DNA of 64,000 nt from an uncultured Planctomycetaceae bacterium. GTDB lineage: Bacteria; Planctomycetota; Planctomycetia; Planctomycetales; Planctomycetaceae. The position numbers and the translations under genes were made by a program. Of the stretch, positions 42,182 through 52,697 are shown piece by piece. The notes below the pieces were generated by a model. That model did not search any database. It worked only from the letters and a program-made list of their open reading frames with translations, and was not told where the DNA came from. The number at the start of each line of letters is the position of its first letter. Position 1 is the stretch's first letter. The stretch covers positions 448,001 through 512,000 of the forward strand of contig CAWFGE010000012.1 in assembly GCA_963815195.1 (NCBI GenBank), given 5' to 3'.

Positions 42182-43678
42182 CTATGCGCCGCTCCGGATC
42201 GTTTCGCGGGCCTCGGACATCAGCCGCGTTTTCAAGTCGTGGAGCTTTTGCTCCAATCCCACGGGATAGGGCTCCGCATCGTGCAGGCGGGCGACGCCCG
42301 CGGGGAGTTGGGCGACTTGAGCGAGGCAATGTTCGCGGGCCTCTCTTGCAGTCGGCGGATCGTAAACTCGCCGGCCTTTACGGAAGATCGGCACCAAGAG
42401 GTCGGCGGACTTCGTGCCGGGGGGAATGCGAAAGGGCGTCTCGCCCACGAAGCGGATCAAGCTCCAATCGTCCGCGGGCGGATGGGATTCCTGATAGATC
42501 GCGTCCGCGAGGAAGCCGGAGCCATCGGAAAACCGCCGGACTTGCTGAATGCCGGGGTTCGTGGTTTTGATGGTCTCGTCCGAAAGCTTGATCCGGTGCT
42601 GCCAGGGGCCGGGCTGTCTGGTTTCGGGATCGGTCTCGCGGACGGCGGCGAGCTTGTAAACGCCGCCGAGCGCCGCCTGATCGCCGCCCGTCGCCAGCCG
42701 CGTGCCTACGCCCCAGACGGTTATCTTGGCACCTTTTTGATGCAGGGCTTCGATCTGGTACTCGTCCAATTCGTTGCTGGCAACGATGCGGGCCTCGGGG
42801 AAGCCGGCTTCGTCGAGCATCCGCCGCGCCTTGATGCTCAATTCCGCGAGGTTGCCGGAGTCCAGCCGGATGCCGACCATCTCGTGGCCGGCCTCGCGGA
42901 GGCGTTTCCCGGCGGCGATCGCGTGCCTCACGCCTTCCAGCGTGTCGTAAGTATCGACGAGAAACACGCAGTTGTTGGGCATCGCCTTGGCGTAGGTGTC
43001 GAAGGCCTCGAGCTCGTCGCCGAAACACATCACCCAGCTATGGGCGTGGGTGCCTTGGACGGGAATGCCATAAAGCTTGCCCGCGAGCACATTGGAGGTG
43101 GAATCGCAGCCGCCGATGTAAGCCGCCCGCGACGCCGACAACCCCCCGTCGATTCCCTGCGCCCGGCGGAGGCCGAACTCCATCACGGTCTCGTCCCCGG
43201 CGAGTCGGCGAATGCGGGCGGCTTTGGTGGCGATCAGCGTGGGAAAGTTGAGCAGGTTCAACAGCGGCGTCTCCAAAAGCTGGCATTGCCAGATCGGACC
43301 CTGCACGCGCACCAGAGGCTCCTGCCCGAACACGACCGTGCCTTCGGGCACCGCGTCGAGGTCGCATCCCATCCGCATCTTGCCCAACGCTTCCAAGAAC
43401 GCCGGCTCGAACAGCGGCCGGCCGTCGTTCCCGGTGAGCGTTTGGAGGTAATCCCGGTCCTCGGCGTCAAAACCGAACGCTTCCACAAAATCCACCGCCT
43501 CCGCCAAACCCGCGGCGACCGCATATTCCCCGCCAAACGGCGGTTTGCGAAAGAAAAGATGAAAAACCGCTTCCCGATCGGCGATTCCCGACTTCCAATA
43601 TCCATAGGCCATTGTGAGTTGGTACAGATCCGTCAACAACGCCAAAGGGTGCCGATAAAGCCGGGTTAATGTCGTCAT
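42182..43678 (-). CDS. pncB: Nicotinate phosphoribosyltransferase
   Basis: LLTDLYQLTM, EFGLRRAQG, GTHAHSW, LVDTYDT, GIRLDSG, ASNELDE and VYKL motifs. Confidence 0.95.
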   Translation of the reverse strand: MTTLTRLYRHPLALLTDLYQLTMAYGYWKSGIADREAVFHLFFRKPPFGGEYAVAAGLAEAVDFVEAFGFDAEDRDYLQTLTGNDGRPLFEPAFLEALGKMRMGCDLDAVPEGTVVFGQEPLVRVQGPIWQCQLLETPLLNLLNFPTLIATKAARIRRLAGDETVMEFGLRRAQGIDGGLSASRAAYIGGCDSTSNVLAGKLYGIPVQGTHAHSWVMCFGDELEAFDTYAKAMPNNCVFLVDTYDTLEGVRHAIAAGKRLREAGHEMVGIRLDSGNLAELSIKARRMLDEAGFPEARIVASNELDEYQIEALHQKGAKITVWGVGTRLATGGDQAALGGVYKLAAVRETDPETRQPGPWQHRIKLSDETIKTTNPGIQQVRRFSDGSGFLADAIYQESHPPADDWSLIRFVGETPFRIPPGTKSADLLVPIFRKGRRVYDPPTAREAREHCLAQVAQLPAGVARLHDAEPYPVGLEQKLHDLKTRLMSEARETIRSGA

Positions 43679-43758
43679 GGGAAGTTCCCTTTTCGATTCC
43701 GGTGCGAAGGATAAAACGAAACCGATGAGATGGACAGCATGATCCTTTCGCCGCCCCT

Positions 43759-43796
43759 TTAGTGTGAAATATACACTAAGAACCCGCCGCGGGCAA
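43759..43796 (-). promoter_or_regulatory. pncB promoter overlapped by an NrtR-type operator
   Basis: 21-bp palindrome TTAGTGT-GAAATAT-ACACTAA (43759-43779, GT-N7-AC core). Minus-strand TTGCCC-17nt-TATATT places the -10 inside the palindrome. Confidence 0.7.
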
Positions 43797-43989
43797 TGGG
43801 TTTTCTTGAGATTCTGTTCGTGGGAATTGGCCGGGCCGGTCTGAGGGATTTCCTTGAAACTCGGGAAACAATACGGAAAGCAGGTGACGGCGTCCTCCCG
43901 ATCCGTTTAGAATAAATCCTGGAAGAATCCGTTGGGGAAATCCTGGGGTCATTTGGTGTCGCATATTCGCCGCAGGGCACGAGTCCCAT

Positions 43990-44081
43990 TTTCCTCGCAC
44001 AACCGGACGCGAGCGCGTTCCGGTTGGTTCTTCCTCATTAGCCGCAGGGCGCTAGCCCCGGTTTCCTCACACAACCGGACG
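43990..44081. repeat. REP family C array with flanking direct repeat
   Basis: TTTCCTC(G/A)CACAACCGGACG occurs twice around CGCGTTCCGG...TAGCCGCAGGGCGCTAGCCCCGGTT. Confidence 0.7.
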
Positions 44082-44089
44082 ATCGTTCA

Positions 44090-44794
44090 ATGAGGCGATT
44101 CGACACTGACATCACGATCATTCTCGATCGATCCGGCTCGATGGGCAGCATTGCGTCCGAGACGATCGCGGGATTCAACCAGTTCCTGCAGGAGCAGCGT
44201 CTGCTCCCGGACCGGGCGTGTTTGACGCTGGTGCAGTTCGATGACCTGTACGAAGTGCTTTACGTCGGGCGGGACCTCCGGCACGTGCCCAACCTCGACT
44301 ACGACACCTTCCAGCCCCGCGGCGCGACCGCGCTCTTGGACGCCATCGGCATGAGCGTCCGCCTCGCGACCTCGCGGATTCTCGTCTTGCCCCCGGAAGA
44401 CCGGCCCCGGCAGGTCATCTTCGTGATCCTGACCGACGGCTTGGAAAACGCCAGCAGCCGGTTTGAACGCCGGTTGGTGTTCGACATGATCCGCCATCAG
44501 CGGCAGACCAACCAGTGGACGTTTTTGTTCCTGGGAGCCAATCAAGACGCGATCTCCGAAGCCGGCTCGTTGGGGATTCCGCACGAAGACGCGATGAACT
44601 TCGAAAGCACCGGCTACGGCACGCAGGCGGCGTTCGACAAAGTGTCGGTCAACCTGCGAAACATGCGGCTGGGCAGCAGCGACCAGCCGATGCCCTGGAA
44701 CGGCTTCGCCTGGGACAACAGCACCGACCCCGAATCCGCCCACCGCCCCAGCTCCACCCAACCGCCATCGTCCCACCGCCCGCCTTCGGGGTGA
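44090..44794 (+). CDS. Stand-alone vWA domain protein
   Basis: MIDAS DRSGSM, TALLDAIG, ILTDGLENAS and FLFLGANQDA motifs. Confidence 0.88.
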   Translation: MRRFDTDITIILDRSGSMGSIASETIAGFNQFLQEQRLLPDRACLTLVQFDDLYEVLYVGRDLRHVPNLDYDTFQPRGATALLDAIGMSVRLATSRILVLPPEDRPRQVIFVILTDGLENASSRFERRLVFDMIRHQRQTNQWTFLFLGANQDAISEAGSLGIPHEDAMNFESTGYGTQAAFDKVSVNLRNMRLGSSDQPMPWNGFAWDNSTDPESAHRPSSTQPPSSHRPPSG

Positions 44795-45062
44795 GGCTGC
44801 TTTGGCAGCGATCGGAAGCGGTCGAAATCGGGGATGTGATGGCGTGGCTCTCGAAGTCGCAGTGCGCATGGGATCTGCAAGGCGGGGGAAAATGATTGGC
44901 GCAGCAGACCCGAGGACGCGTTGAGTCGCCCCGCTCCACCAAAAATCTCAACCCGAATATCGGGCTTGGGCTCGCCACCGCGTGAACGAACTCGAATTTG
45001 ACCAGGGTGATTTCGGGCAGCCGGACGCATCAGAGCGGCCTCCTTCATGGTTCGGTTTACTC

Positions 45063-45197
45063 CTTTCGCCCTATTTTCCAGGGGATTAGGTGGCACGTCC
45101 CTGAGCGGAGCGAAGGGCGTGGCAAAACGCAAAGACCACGCCCTTCGTTCCTCAGGGCGTGCCACCCAAGTCCGTACCTGCTTCTGTGAAGCACACA
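45063..45197. repeat. REPIN/MITE-like palindromic element, family A (copy 3)
   Basis: Same palindromic core as copies 1 and 2; shares both flanks with 59221-59348 in reverse complement. Confidence 0.88.
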
Positions 45198-45296
45198 CGT
45201 GTGAACTCCAGGGCTGGGGAACGGCGCTTCATTGCATATAATGAAGCCCATCAAATCGATCGTTCAATTCATTCTTCCCAAAGTTCGCGGTTTTGT

Positions 45297-47471
45297 ATGG
45301 AGTCCCTCAGCGGTTTGATCGAGCGGGTCACGTTCCATAATCCCGAGAATGGGTTTACGGTGCTCAAGGTCGCGGTGCGCGGCGTGCAGGTGCCGGTGAC
45401 CGTTGTGGGAAACGTGATGATGGTGGCCGCGGGCGAGCATCTTTCGGCCGAGGGCCGTTGGACGATGGACCGCGAGCACGGGCGGCAGTTTCGGGCGGAG
45501 TCCATCCAAACCACACACCCTAGGTCGGCGGAAGGCATCGAGCGGTTTTTGGCGTCGGGCGTGGTGCGCAGCGTGGGGCCCAAACTCGCCGCCCGCATTG
45601 TCGCCCTCTACAAAGAGCGCACGCTGGAGATCATCGAAAACTACCCGGAAATGCTTTTGCATCTCCGCGGCATCGGGGCGGAAAAGCTCAAAAAAATCCG
45701 CGAAAGCTGGCAGGAGCAAAAGCACGTCCGCGAGATCATGCTCTTTTTGCACCAGCACGGCATCGGCTCTGCGCGGGCCAATCGCATCTACCGCCGATAC
45801 GGCGACCGGGCCATCGAGATCATCCGCAAGAATCCCTATCAACTCGCCGACGACATCCGCGGCATCGGGTTTCAGTCGGCGGACGAACTTGCCAAAAGCC
45901 TCGGCCTCGATCCCGCATCTCTCCACCGAGCCCGGGCCGCGGTGCGGTATGTCTTGCAGGAATTGACGTTCAAGCAAGGCCACGCGGGGTTTCCCGAACC
46001 GGGCGTGATCCAGCGGGCCGCGGGGTTGGTGTCCATCGACCGCGGGATTCTGGAAAACGCGGTCGCGGACGAGATGGCCGAGGCGCGAATCGTCCGCGAA
46101 CGCCGAGCCGGGGAGGATTGGCTGTTCTTGGAACGGCTTTACCGGGCGGAAACGCGGCTGGCGGAGTCGATCCAAGGGATGTTAAGCCGGCCCGGCCATC
46201 CGCTGCCCGCGATTGATGTGGAGGCCGCGATCGCCTGGGTGCAGAACAAGCTGGGCATCGAATTGGCGGCCGGGCAGCAGGAGGCCTTGCGGTCGGCGTG
46301 CCGGGAGCGGCTGGTGATTATCACCGGCGGGCCGGGCGTGGGAAAGACGACTCTGGTTCGCAGTTTGCTCGAAGTGTTCGAGGCGAAGGAACTCCGCTGT
46401 GTCCTCGCGGCTCCCACGGGCCGGGCCGCGAAACGCCTCACCGAAACCACCAACCGCCCCGCCAAGACCATTCATCGGCTCTTGGAGTTCGATCCCGTCG
46501 AAGGCGGCTTCAAACGCAGCGAAGCGAATCCGCTTACCGGGGACTTGTTCGTTCTGGACGAGTGCTCGATGATCGATGTGCTTCTCGCGCAGCAATTGTT
46601 CGAGGCGATTCCCGCCCAAGCGGCGGTGGTGATGGTCGGCGATGTGGATCAGCTTCCGTCTGTGGGACCGGGGAGCGTTTTGGGCGATTTAATCCGTGCC
46701 CGGCAGATCACGGTGGCCCGTTTGACGGAAATCTTCCGGCAGGCCCAATCCAGCCGAATCGTCGCGGCGGCGTATGCGGTCAATCAGGGCGAGCTGCCGA
46801 CTTTGGAATCCCCCAAGTCGGAGTTGACCGATTTCTATTTCACCGAATGCGACACGCCGGAATCCATCGAAACCATGATCGTCCGACTCGTAAAAGACCG
46901 CATCCCAGAACGCTTCGGTCTCGATCCGCTCGCGGATGTGCAGGTTTTGACGCCGATGAATGGCTCATCCTTGGGAGCGAGGCATCTCAATCAGGTGCTG
47001 CAAAACGCGCTGAACCCCAAACAGAAGCAGCGGGAGGTCGCGCGGTTCGGCATCACCTACCGTGCAGGGGACCGGGTGATTCAGACGGAGAACAACTACA
47101 ACCGGGATGTGTTCAACGGCGACTTGGGGACGATCTCGCACATCGATCCGGTGGAGCAGGAACTCACGGTGCGGTTCGAAAGCCGGGGGGTGGTCTATGA
47201 TTTTGGTTCGCTCGATGAACTGGCGTTGGCGTATGTGCTCACGATCCACAAAAGCCAGGGCAGCGAATATCCCTGCGTCGTCATTCCGCTGCACACGCAG
47301 CATTTTATGATGCTCCGCCGCAATCTGCTTTATACGGGCATCACCCGCGGCAAGCAGTTGGTGATCGTCGTCGGTTCCCGGCGGGCTTTGGAACTTGCGA
47401 TCCAAAGAGCCGACACCCACCACCGCTTTACGGCTCTTTGCGAGCGGTTACAATCGCTGGGGGAAAAATGA
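45297..47471 (+). CDS. recD2: ATP-dependent RecD2-like DNA helicase
   Basis: HhH motifs GIG; ITGGPGVGKTT, APTGRAAKRL, TIHRLL, DECSM, GDVDQLPSVG, FRQ, TIHKSQGSE and LYTGITR. Confidence 0.95.
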   Translation: MESLSGLIERVTFHNPENGFTVLKVAVRGVQVPVTVVGNVMMVAAGEHLSAEGRWTMDREHGRQFRAESIQTTHPRSAEGIERFLASGVVRSVGPKLAARIVALYKERTLEIIENYPEMLLHLRGIGAEKLKKIRESWQEQKHVREIMLFLHQHGIGSARANRIYRRYGDRAIEIIRKNPYQLADDIRGIGFQSADELAKSLGLDPASLHRARAAVRYVLQELTFKQGHAGFPEPGVIQRAAGLVSIDRGILENAVADEMAEARIVRERRAGEDWLFLERLYRAETRLAESIQGMLSRPGHPLPAIDVEAAIAWVQNKLGIELAAGQQEALRSACRERLVIITGGPGVGKTTLVRSLLEVFEAKELRCVLAAPTGRAAKRLTETTNRPAKTIHRLLEFDPVEGGFKRSEANPLTGDLFVLDECSMIDVLLAQQLFEAIPAQAAVVMVGDVDQLPSVGPGSVLGDLIRARQITVARLTEIFRQAQSSRIVAAAYAVNQGELPTLESPKSELTDFYFTECDTPESIETMIVRLVKDRIPERFGLDPLADVQVLTPMNGSSLGARHLNQVLQNALNPKQKQREVARFGITYRAGDRVIQTENNYNRDVFNGDLGTISHIDPVEQELTVRFESRGVVYDFGSLDELALAYVLTIHKSQGSEYPCVVIPLHTQHFMMLRRNLLYTGITRGKQLVIVVGSRRALELAIQRADTHHRFTALCERLQSLGEK

Positions 47472-47521
47472 GCGGCAAGGGGTTGGTGCTGCATCAAATC
47501 AAAAACGTGGGATTGAGAAAA

Positions 47522-47547
47522 TTAGCCGAAGGGCGCTAGCCCCGGTT
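47522..47547. repeat. Single REP, family C
   Basis: TTAGCCGAAGGGCGCTAGCCCCGGTT matches 44038-44063 except at two positions. Confidence 0.7.
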
Positions 47548-47588
47548 TTCGCAGAGCAAACCGACGCATGAGAATCTGAAAGAAATCC

Positions 47589-48070
47589 ATGAGCGAGAGC
47601 CAATCGGAATTGCCGATGGAGATTTCGCGGCGGGGCCGGCGGATTTGGAGACGATTGTGGAATTCAATCTGCGATTGGCCGCCGAGTCGGAGAACAAACA
47701 GCTCGACCGCGAGACCGTTCGGCGGGGCGTGGCGGCGCTTTTGGGCGATGAAACCAAGGGCCGATATTTCGTCGCCTGCCTGGGCGAGGAAATCATCGGG
47801 CAGTTGATGCACACCCGCGAATGGAGCGACTGGCGGAACGGCGACATCTGGTGGCTGCAAAGTGTCTATGTCGTCGCCGCCTATCGCCGGCGGAGCGTGT
47901 TTCGCCGGCTGTATCAGCATCTGTGGAATGAAGCCCAGACGCGGACGGACGTGGTGGGCGTCCGGCTGTATGTCGAAGTCGAAAACATCGCTGCCCAAGA
48001 GACTTACCGCAATATGGGCCTGATCCAGCCGGGCTATTTCGTCATGGAAAACCTGCCCAAGGAAGGCTAG
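47589..48070 (+). CDS. GNAT N-acetyltransferase; apparent frameshift near 47622
   Basis: EWSDWRNG..WWLQSVYV..YRRRSVF..LY and RLYVE..N..AQETY..MG motifs. The natural N-terminus (MEI..AAGPADLETI) is split between two frames. Confidence 0.82.
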
Positions 48071-48172
48071 TGGGACGGGAATTTCATAACAGGACCACTT
48101 GCGGGAATTCTCGCCGGTTTCTCCTTTTTTTTCTCAAGTTTCCCCGTTTTGCCAAGCTTTTTGGCACACGAG

Positions 48173-48201
48173 TTGACCTAAAGCGTAGAATAAGATATGT
48201 T
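48173..48201 (+). promoter_or_regulatory. Candidate sigma70 promoter of the DEAD-box helicase gene
   Basis: TTGACC-17nt-TATGTT in an AT-rich intergenic tract, about 100 nt upstream of the ATG. Confidence 0.55.
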
Positions 48202-48298
48202 CCTAGAGTGTATATGTTAAGCCGGAACACAAAAGTACTGTTTGATATTTGAAAAGGTTAATGTGGAACGAGAAACTCAGAATCATCGTAACGGGGGG

Positions 48299-49502
48299 AT
48301 GGAAACAGGTTTTGCAGAATTGGGGCTCAATCAGCGAACGCTCGACACGCTGAACGAGATCGGGTACCACACGCCCAGCCCCATCCAAAATGCATTTATC
48401 CCCCTGGCTATGAAAGGTGTGGATTGCACGGGACAGGCCCGCACGGGCACGGGCAAAACGGCCGCTTTTGTTTTGCCGATCATTGAAGCGATCGACCTCA
48501 ACAATCCCGCCACGCAGGCGTTGGTGCTGGCTCCCACGCGGGAACTCAGCGAGCAAGTGGCGGGCGAGGCCCAAAAACTCTGCGGCAAGAACCGCTGCCG
48601 GACGGCGGTGTTCGTGGGCGGGCGTCCGATCCGCAAGCAGTTGGACCAATTGAAACGAGGCATCCAAATCGCCGTGGGCACACCGGGGCGGGTGATCGAC
48701 CTGTTGTCCCGCCGGGCTTTGGATTTGAAGGATGTCAAGGTCGTCGTCTTGGACGAAGCCGACCGCATGCTCGACATCGGGTTTCGGCCGGATATTCGAA
48801 AAGATCCTCCGGCAGTGCCCGTCGGAGCGGCAGACGCTTCTGCTCTCGGCCACCATGCCGCCGCCGGTGGAACGCCTCGCCAAGCGCGATATGAAGAATC
48901 CCAGGCGGGTCGATTTGTCGGCGGACAGCATTTCCTCGTCCGAGACCATCGACCAGTATTACGCCACGGTCGATCACGACCGCAAGTTCCAACTCTTGGT
49001 GCGGCTCCTCAAAAAGGAACGGCCCCAGCAGGTGCTGGTCTTCACCCGCACCAAACGCGGGGCCGAGCAGCTTCACCGGAAGTTCGCCGGCAAGCTGGAC
49101 CGCGTGGCGATGATGAACGGCGACCTCCCGCAACCCAAGCGGGACAGCGTGATGAAGAAGTTTCGCAGCGGCGAAATTCGCATGTTGATCGCCACCGACG
49201 TCGTGGGCCGGGGCATCGATGTGAGTTCGATCTCCCACATCATCAATTACGACATCCCGGAGTACTACGACGATTATGTGCATCGCGTGGGACGCACGGG
49301 TCGGCTCTCGTCGGATCAGCGCGGCTGTGCGATCACCTTCGTAACCCGCGAGCAAGGCGAGCAACTGACGAGCATCGAAAAACGCATCAACCAGATGCTG
49401 CCCGAATACCAGATCGAAGGCTTCCAGGCGTATCGTCCCAGCGGACCCCGCCCGCACGTCAAAGACGAAAACCCCCAGGAAATGGCGTACTCGTTCGCGT
49501 AA
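48299..49502 (+). CDS. DEAD-box RNA helicase; apparent +1 frameshift at 48795
   Basis: Q motif PSPIQ, TGTGKT, PTREL, TPGR and DEAD in one frame; SAT, ATDVVGRGID and HRVGRTGR in the next. Removing one T restores DIEKIL. Confidence 0.92.
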
Positions 49503-49543
49503 CGCGGCGAAATTCAGGCCGTTCGGAACACAGCGAACTCCCA

Positions 49544-49798
49544 ATGTCGACCGTAGAAGACATTCTTAGCCAGGCAAAAGGCTTGCCAGCGCGCGAGCGG
49601 TTGCTGCTGGTTCAGGAATGGCTGCTCACCTTGGATTCCGAAACCGAACCCTTGGGCGAAGCCGATTGGAACGCCGCCTGGCTCCCGGAACTCGAAGCCC
49701 GCCTGGCCGCATAAGAGCGAGGCGAATCCCCGGCGAGCGATTGGCAGAGCGCGATGGGCCGGTTGCGGCAATCCTTTAATGCGAGCGAGTCGCCCTGA
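49544..49798 (+). pseudogene. Addiction-module antitoxin-like gene (TIGR02574-like) with an in-frame TAA at 49712; no adjacent toxin
   Basis: MSTVEDILSQAKGLPARERLLLVQE…AWLPELEARLAA*ERGE..SDWQSAM follows the LxxxER…W..E..RR…G…W pattern of this family. Confidence 0.65.
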
Positions 49799-49826
49799 TT
49801 CTGATCCGTCGATCAAGCTCTCAAGG

Positions 49827-51707
49827 CTAGGCCGCTTTGCCAACGGGTTTGGGGCCGATCGACTTGGGGCCTCTTTTGCTTTTTTGCTTGAGGTCGAACA
49901 GGCCGAAGATTTCCGAAGCGTTGAGGCTCAGCGACGTGTTGGTGGTGTCGCCTTCGCCCAGGATGCTCGCGAAGAGTTCGCGTTTTTCCTGGAGCACCTT
50001 GTCGATGCGTTCCTCGATCGTGTCTTTGGAAATGAACTTGGTGACGATGACCTGGGACTTCTGGCCGATGCGGTGGGCGCGGTTGATGGCCTGATCCTCG
50101 ACGGCCGGGTTCCACCAGCGATCGAACAAAAACACATAGCCCGCGAATTGCAGATTCAGGCCCACCGCTCCGGTGCCGTAGCTCATCAAGAGCAAATGCG
50201 AGTTCGGGTCTTCCTTGAACTGGGCCAGGATCGGCTCGCGTTTCTTGGTGGGCACGCCGCCGTGGTAGATCAGCGAGCCGCATTGGTCGCCCAGGCGTTT
50301 GTCGAGTTCGAGTTTGAGCCAATCCAGCGTTTTAGTCCATTGGCTGAACAGGATCGCCTTGCCGCCGCTTGAGGAGATTTCTTCCATGTCCGCCGCCAGC
50401 CGGTCCAGCTTGGAACTGTCGCCGGTGACCGGGTCGCGGTTGGCGATTTGCTTGAGGCGGAGCACGAGTTCGAACACGTGCTGGATCGTGACTTCCTCGC
50501 CCATGTCGCTCAGCTGCACGACGCCTTCTTTCTCCGCCGTGTGATAGGAATGCGCCTGGGCCGGCGAGAGCGGCAGGTACTCGTCCCGGTCCAACCGCGG
50601 CGGCAGGTCGGTCATCACCAGGTCTTTGGTGCGGCGGAGGATGTAGATGTCGGCGAGTTGGCTGAGCTGCCTCAAGTCCGGCGTGCCCCGCGGCGGGATG
50701 ACTTCCAGGAACTCGAACAGCGACGAGAGTTCCTCGGGGCGGTTTTCGATGGGGGTGCCGGTGAGGGCCCAACTCCGGCGGCGGCCGACGTTTCGCACGG
50801 TCTGGGCGGTGCGGGAGTCGCGGTTCTTGATCCGCTGGGCCTCGTCGAGCACCAACAGGTCGAACTTCGGCCGATCGTCTTCGGGCATGGCTTCGAAGTC
50901 GCGGACGAAGGTTTCATAATTCACCAGCCGCAGCGGAACGCCCGGGATTTTCCAGAGCATCTGCCGGCGGGACCAATGGCCCTCGATGGTGACGATCGGC
51001 AATTCCTCGGACCACATTTTGAACTCCCGCTGCCAGTTCGGGATCAAAGGCTTCGGGCAGATCAACAGCACCCGCCGGACCTGGCCGCTGCGAAGCAGGA
51101 GCCGAATGCCGGTGATGGTCTGCATCGTCTTGCCCAGGCCCATTTCGTCCGCAAGCAGGGCCGCCTTCTTCGAGAACAGCCAGGCGATGCCTTCGTATTG
51201 ATAGGGAAACGGCTCGAAGGGCATGATCAATTCCTGCCCCGCCAGCCAGCTTTCCAAGGGCGGCTGCAAAACGTAAAACAGCCGGTCTTCGAGCGACAAC
51301 GCATCCTCCGGCGGCTTGAGGCGGGTGACTTTTTTCGGTTTCGCCTGGCCTTCCTGCGGGTTCGGCTTGGGCGGGGCGATCGGTTTGAGTTCCTCGTGTT
51401 CCCCCGGTTCCGGCTTGGGCGGCAGGAACTCCAGGCCATCGGGGAAGGTCAAACCGAACGTCTTCACCCGCGGCCGATGCGGCCGCCAATGCGGCAGGAG
51501 CGAAACCTTTTCGAACAGCGAAACGCCGTCCGGTTCCACAAACGGCCAGCGCGTGAGCGCACCGTTCAATCCCGCCGCGTAAATCCCGGCCGAGAGTTCC
51601 AACGGCAGCGATCGGCATTCCGGCTCCGGCAGAAACGCCGGCAACGCCGAAGCCGGAGACTCTGAAGGCAAAGCATCCAAATCCGTCGGGCGCGGCGAAA
51701 CATGCAT
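49827..51707 (-). CDS. SNF2-family helicase/ATPase
   Basis: [42 protein letters not shown] and [19 protein letters not shown] motifs. Confidence 0.95.
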   Translation of the reverse strand: MHVSPRPTDLDALPSESPASALPAFLPEPECRSLPLELSAGIYAAGLNGALTRWPFVEPDGVSLFEKVSLLPHWRPHRPRVKTFGLTFPDGLEFLPPKPEPGEHEELKPIAPPKPNPQEGQAKPKKVTRLKPPEDALSLEDRLFYVLQPPLESWLAGQELIMPFEPFPYQYEGIAWLFSKKAALLADEMGLGKTMQTITGIRLLLRSGQVRRVLLICPKPLIPNWQREFKMWSEELPIVTIEGHWSRRQMLWKIPGVPLRLVNYETFVRDFEAMPEDDRPKFDLLVLDEAQRIKNRDSRTAQTVRNVGRRRSWALTGTPIENRPEELSSLFEFLEVIPPRGTPDLRQLSQLADIYILRRTKDLVMTDLPPRLDRDEYLPLSPAQAHSYHTAEKEGVVQLSDMGEEVTIQHVFELVLRLKQIANRDPVTGDSSKLDRLAADMEEISSSGGKAILFSQWTKTLDWLKLELDKRLGDQCGSLIYHGGVPTKKREPILAQFKEDPNSHLLLMSYGTGAVGLNLQFAGYVFLFDRWWNPAVEDQAINRAHRIGQKSQVIVTKFISKDTIEERIDKVLQEKRELFASILGEGDTTNTSLSLNASEIFGLFDLKQKSKRGPKSIGPKPVGKAA

Positions 51708-51730
51708 GGCAACATCCTACAGTGGAAAAA

Positions 51731-51949
51731 TAGCCCGAAGCGCAAGCGAGGGAAACAGGCGATGTCCCTCGCTTGCGCTTTTTGAAGTTGCGCATTCTCT
51801 AAATCGCAAGCGATCGTCCATTGTGAGCGGCACGGCGCTAGCCGCCGGTCTTGAAATATCGAGTTTCCCTTGAAAAGACCGGGGGCTAGCGCCCTTCCGC
51901 TCACGTTTTGCAACATCGCGCAACTTCAAAACTTGCGCTTCGGGCTGGT
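51731..51949. repeat. Mosaic (BIME-like) REP cluster: family D units surrounding a family C doublet
   Basis: TAGCCCGAAGCGCAAGCGAGGGA…TCCCTCGCTTGCGCTT; then GTGAGCGGCACGGCGCTAGCCGCCGGTC…GACCGGGGGCTAGCGCCCTTCCGCTCAC; then CTTGCGCTTCGGGCTG. Confidence 0.78.
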
Positions 51950-51961
51950 GAATGATCCAAT

Positions 51962-52519
51962 TCAGGCGGCTTCGGCGGCGGGAGGATTCGTAACAGGAGC
52001 GGCGGGGTTCTGGTTGGCGGTGCCCAGGGCTTCGTGCAAGGCGTCGCGGACGCGCTGAAAGGGTTCGCTCAAGTCGGCGTCGGCGGTGATGTGCGAGGCT
52101 CCCTGCGAGATCGCCGTTTCATCGCCGGCAAAGTCCGCGTGCCAAACCACGAACTGCCTGCCCAACCGCACGCCGGACGGTTCGGATGGATCATCTTCCT
52201 GAAGACACGCAACGGGCAGCGACACATGGCGGCGGAGTTCCAATAAGTCGGGCCGCTCCACCAAGACCAGATGCGGTTTGACGCCGATTTTTTCCACGAG
52301 CGTCCGCCCGATCAATTCCGCGAGCAAAAACGTCAAGAGGGTGGGGCCGTAGAGGATTTCCTGCGTGCGGTTGGGTTTCACGGGGGCGGTGCATTGGAAC
52401 TCCAACGGCCGTCCCAAATGATTTGTGACCAACAGCCCGCCCACATAGCCCCGCTCGGCGATGCGAATTGCCGTCAAAAATCCCAATCGAAACGCGTCCT
52501 GGTGTCCGTCCTTCGACAT
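51962..52519 (-). CDS. Hypothetical protein (recalled as conserved in planctomycetes)
   Basis: GYVGGLLVTNHLGRPLEFQCTAPVKPNRTQEILYGPTL and DLSEPFQRVRDAL segments look like a conserved core. Confidence 0.7.
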   Translation of the reverse strand: MSKDGHQDAFRLGFLTAIRIAERGYVGGLLVTNHLGRPLEFQCTAPVKPNRTQEILYGPTLLTFLLAELIGRTLVEKIGVKPHLVLVERPDLLELRRHVSLPVACLQEDDPSEPSGVRLGRQFVVWHADFAGDETAISQGASHITADADLSEPFQRVRDALHEALGTANQNPAAPVTNPPAAEAA

Positions 52520-52697
52520 GCAAATCCCTTACCTGTCCAAAATCCCGCAACAAGGCGAGCGTGGGGCGTCAGCCCCATGATTTGGTCAACCTCCCAAAAT
52601 CCTCCACTGTTTCTTAAATCGACAGGCCGGTTTCGGCGACTTGAGCGGGACTGGCTCGCGCGATGTAACCGTAAGTATTGGAATGATTTTCGACATT

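Noticed and set aside
48161..48178. Sigma54-like TTGGCACACGAGTTGAC upstream of the DEAD-box gene
   Set aside because: It lacks the conserved GC at -12; an overlapping sigma70-type TTGACC-17-TATGTT explains the site better.
48791..48805. Programmed frameshift in the DEAD-box helicase (…ATTCGAAAAG…)
   Set aside because: There is no canonical slippery heptamer, deleting one T restores the expected DIEKIL, and many similar indels occur across the window.
45297..51707. RecD2, GNAT, DEAD-box and SNF2 helicases as an anti-phage defence island
   Set aside because: Each looks like an ordinary housekeeping family member, orientations and promoters differ, and no nuclease, methylase or effector partner or mobile boundary is present.
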